The notes below the pieces were generated by a model. The model had not been told where the DNA came from and ran no database searches. It saw only the letters and a program-made list of their open reading frames with translations. Positions 61,701-64,000 of a stretch of 64,000 nt of DNA are shown here, piece by piece (the first letter of the stretch is position 1; the number at the start of each line of letters is the position of its first letter). The stretch is from contig CM059433.1 in assembly GCA_030390025.1 (NCBI GenBank), forward strand, positions 6,572,001-6,636,000, read 5' to 3'. The stretch comes from Squalus acanthias (Eukaryota). The translations under genes were made by a program, and so were the position numbers.

Positions 61701-64000
61701 TCTGGAGTCACAAGTTGATAGTTAAATGGCAGTTATGGATTCAAAAACTCTGTATTTAAATCACCGTAACAAAATAAATGTTACTGGTAAGAGCTGTAAT
61801 ATCGTTGTGTTTATTTTTCACCTGCTGCCCTCTTGTTTCAATCTCCTCCTTCCTACCCATCAATATCCTGGGGGTCACCATTGACCAGAAACATAACTGG
61901 ACCAGCCACATAAACACTGGCAACAAGAGCAGGTCAGAGGCTGGGTATTCTGCGGCAAGTGTCCCACCTCCTGACTCCCCAAAGCCTTTCCACCATCTAC
62001 AAGGCACAAGTAAGGAGTGTGATGGAATATTCTCCACTTGCCTGGATGAGTGCAGCTCCAACAACACTCAAGAAGCTCGACACCATCCAGGACAAAGCAG
62101 CCCGCTTGATTGGCACCCCACCCACCCCCTTAAACATTCACTCCCTCCACCACCGGCGCACCGTGGCTGCAGTGTGCACCATCTACAAGATGCACTGCAG
62201 CAACTCGCCAAGGCTTCTTCGGCAGCACCTCCCAAACCCGCGACCTCTACCACCTAGCCACAGCGCAGCCAGTGTCGGAGCGGTGAATGACTGACCGCAA
62301 CTTCAGGATTTCCGTGTTAGGATGCGCATGTGCTACATCCTGAAGTTGTGGTCAGTTTCAAAGGGGTAATAACGGCGAATGCAGTTCGTTCGCTGTTATT
62401 ACCCACCGCAAATTCCGGGCCTACGTCTTTAGCGTTAAAACATCCCAAAGTGTTTCAGAAATGGAAATAAATAAGAGAGTGGACGCCAAGAAAGATTAGT
62501 AGGAGGATAACTGAAAGCTTGGTCAAAATGATTTTGAGGAGGCATTTGAGGTAGAGAGAGGTGGAGGGGTTTAGTTCCAGAGAATAGGGTCAAGGTGATT
62601 GAAGGCTCTGTCACCAGTGCTGGGCTGAAGGGAGGGTGGATGCAAAAAAGCCCAAGGTTTCATCTTGAACAAGCTTTTGTTTTGGAAGCTGGTCTGCACA
62701 GATGCCCACTCTACTTTATTGCATAAGCACAGGAGAGCAGTGAATATAGGTCTCTCTCCTGAAACCCAGAGCCCAAATCAAGGTGGAATTAGCTTCTGAT
62801 TGCCCACTTGAGAACTACAAGAGCAGGGTTATTGTCTGGCACAGCAGCCTTAACAACATTTATTTCCCTGGTGTTCTTGCCTTGGTGACTGAATTAATGA
62901 GAATCAGGGTTTAATGGGAGTAATATAAAACTATTCAGTTTGAAATACCGTTCAACCATTTTGAAGTCATTGGCCTTAAATTTATGCTGTGGAATATTAG
63001 GTACAAACACCTAACTGAATTCCTCACTTCACTATTTTAGTGAAGGCACTAACCCCTGTATTTTAGAGGAGTTGGTGCCTTTGTTAAAATAGCAGAGAAA
63101 GGATTTCAGACAAATGTGTTAAGTCTTCGTACCTATTAACCCAAAGCTTTTGTCTCTTATAAAACTTCAATATTTATCTCACATAGTATGGTACAGTGCT
63201 ACACTTCTTAGAAATATCCCTCCCCCACCCCCCCACAATTTTCTCTCCTGACAGAGCTGTCTTTTGCTGGGATATGGTTCCGTGGGCACCAGCAGCCCTC
63301 TGGTATCTTGCCAAGTGGCTGTTCTTCATGTGTGAGCCTAAATAGCAAAGTGCGAATTCCATGATCGGATGCTTCCAGCAAGCAGTGGCATGTGCAGGAG
63401 ACAAGAACTGGCAGGAAAATCACAGACTACCAACCCACGATTTCACAATTGGCACCCCATCAGAAGGCCAATCCTCACCGATTATGGAACTAGCTTTGAA
63501 GTCAGCATGCTGTTCATGATGACAGGCATCCAAGTTAAGCTCAATCCTCTTCTCACTTAAGCCCACTTTCCAATCGGAGTCGTTGGATAATGAGCAGCTG
63601 TGGGATCCACGGCCAATTTTTCCCTTCTCGGTTCAGTGGCAGCACTGTTTCCTGAGTCAGAAGGTCAAGAGTTCAAGCCTCACTCCAGAGACTTGAGCAG
63701 ATATTCTAGGATGACACTTCACTTGAAGGAGTGCTGCACTGTTGGAGGTGCCGTCTTTCGGATGAGATGTTAAACTGAGGCCCTGTCTGCTCTCTCAGGT
63801 GGATGCAAAAGATCCCCATGGGCACTACAGTGTTCTGGCCAATATTTAACCCTTGACCAACAAAACCAAAACAACCTATGTCTGGTCATTTATCTCAGTG
63901 CTGTTCATGGGACTTTATTGTGTGCAAATTGCCTGCCTCATTTTCCTATATTACAACAGCGCCTATGCATCAAAAGTATTTCATTCACTTTAAAGTGCTT

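Overview
Repeat-rich vertebrate genomic DNA, most likely from a cartilaginous fish (inferred from Deu-domain SINEs, a V-SINE-like fragment and the CR1/L2 repertoire). The only host gene I can support is a complete 10-exon RRM2 (ribonucleotide reductase small subunit, 390 aa) on the minus strand at 36925-47128, with a CpG-island promoter carrying E2F and CCAAT motifs. The rest is mostly transposons: the right half of an apparently intact PIF/Harbinger element (uninterrupted DDE transposase convergent with a probable Myb/SANT-partner exon), several decayed Harbingers and Harbinger MITEs, a near-full-length CR1, L2, RTE and CR1 fragments, DeuSINEs and a hAT-type MITE. Most notable: (i) a short dispersed retroelement (7 loci) carrying a minimal type I hammerhead ribozyme motif, three copies with clear TSDs; (ii) a four-level nested insertion; (iii) an inverted duplication of an L2/spacer/CR1 composite about 10 kb apart; (iv) an 83-bp target-site duplication around an RTE. 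No CRISPR or prokaryotic system is supported. All identities are from visual comparison; no database searches were run.
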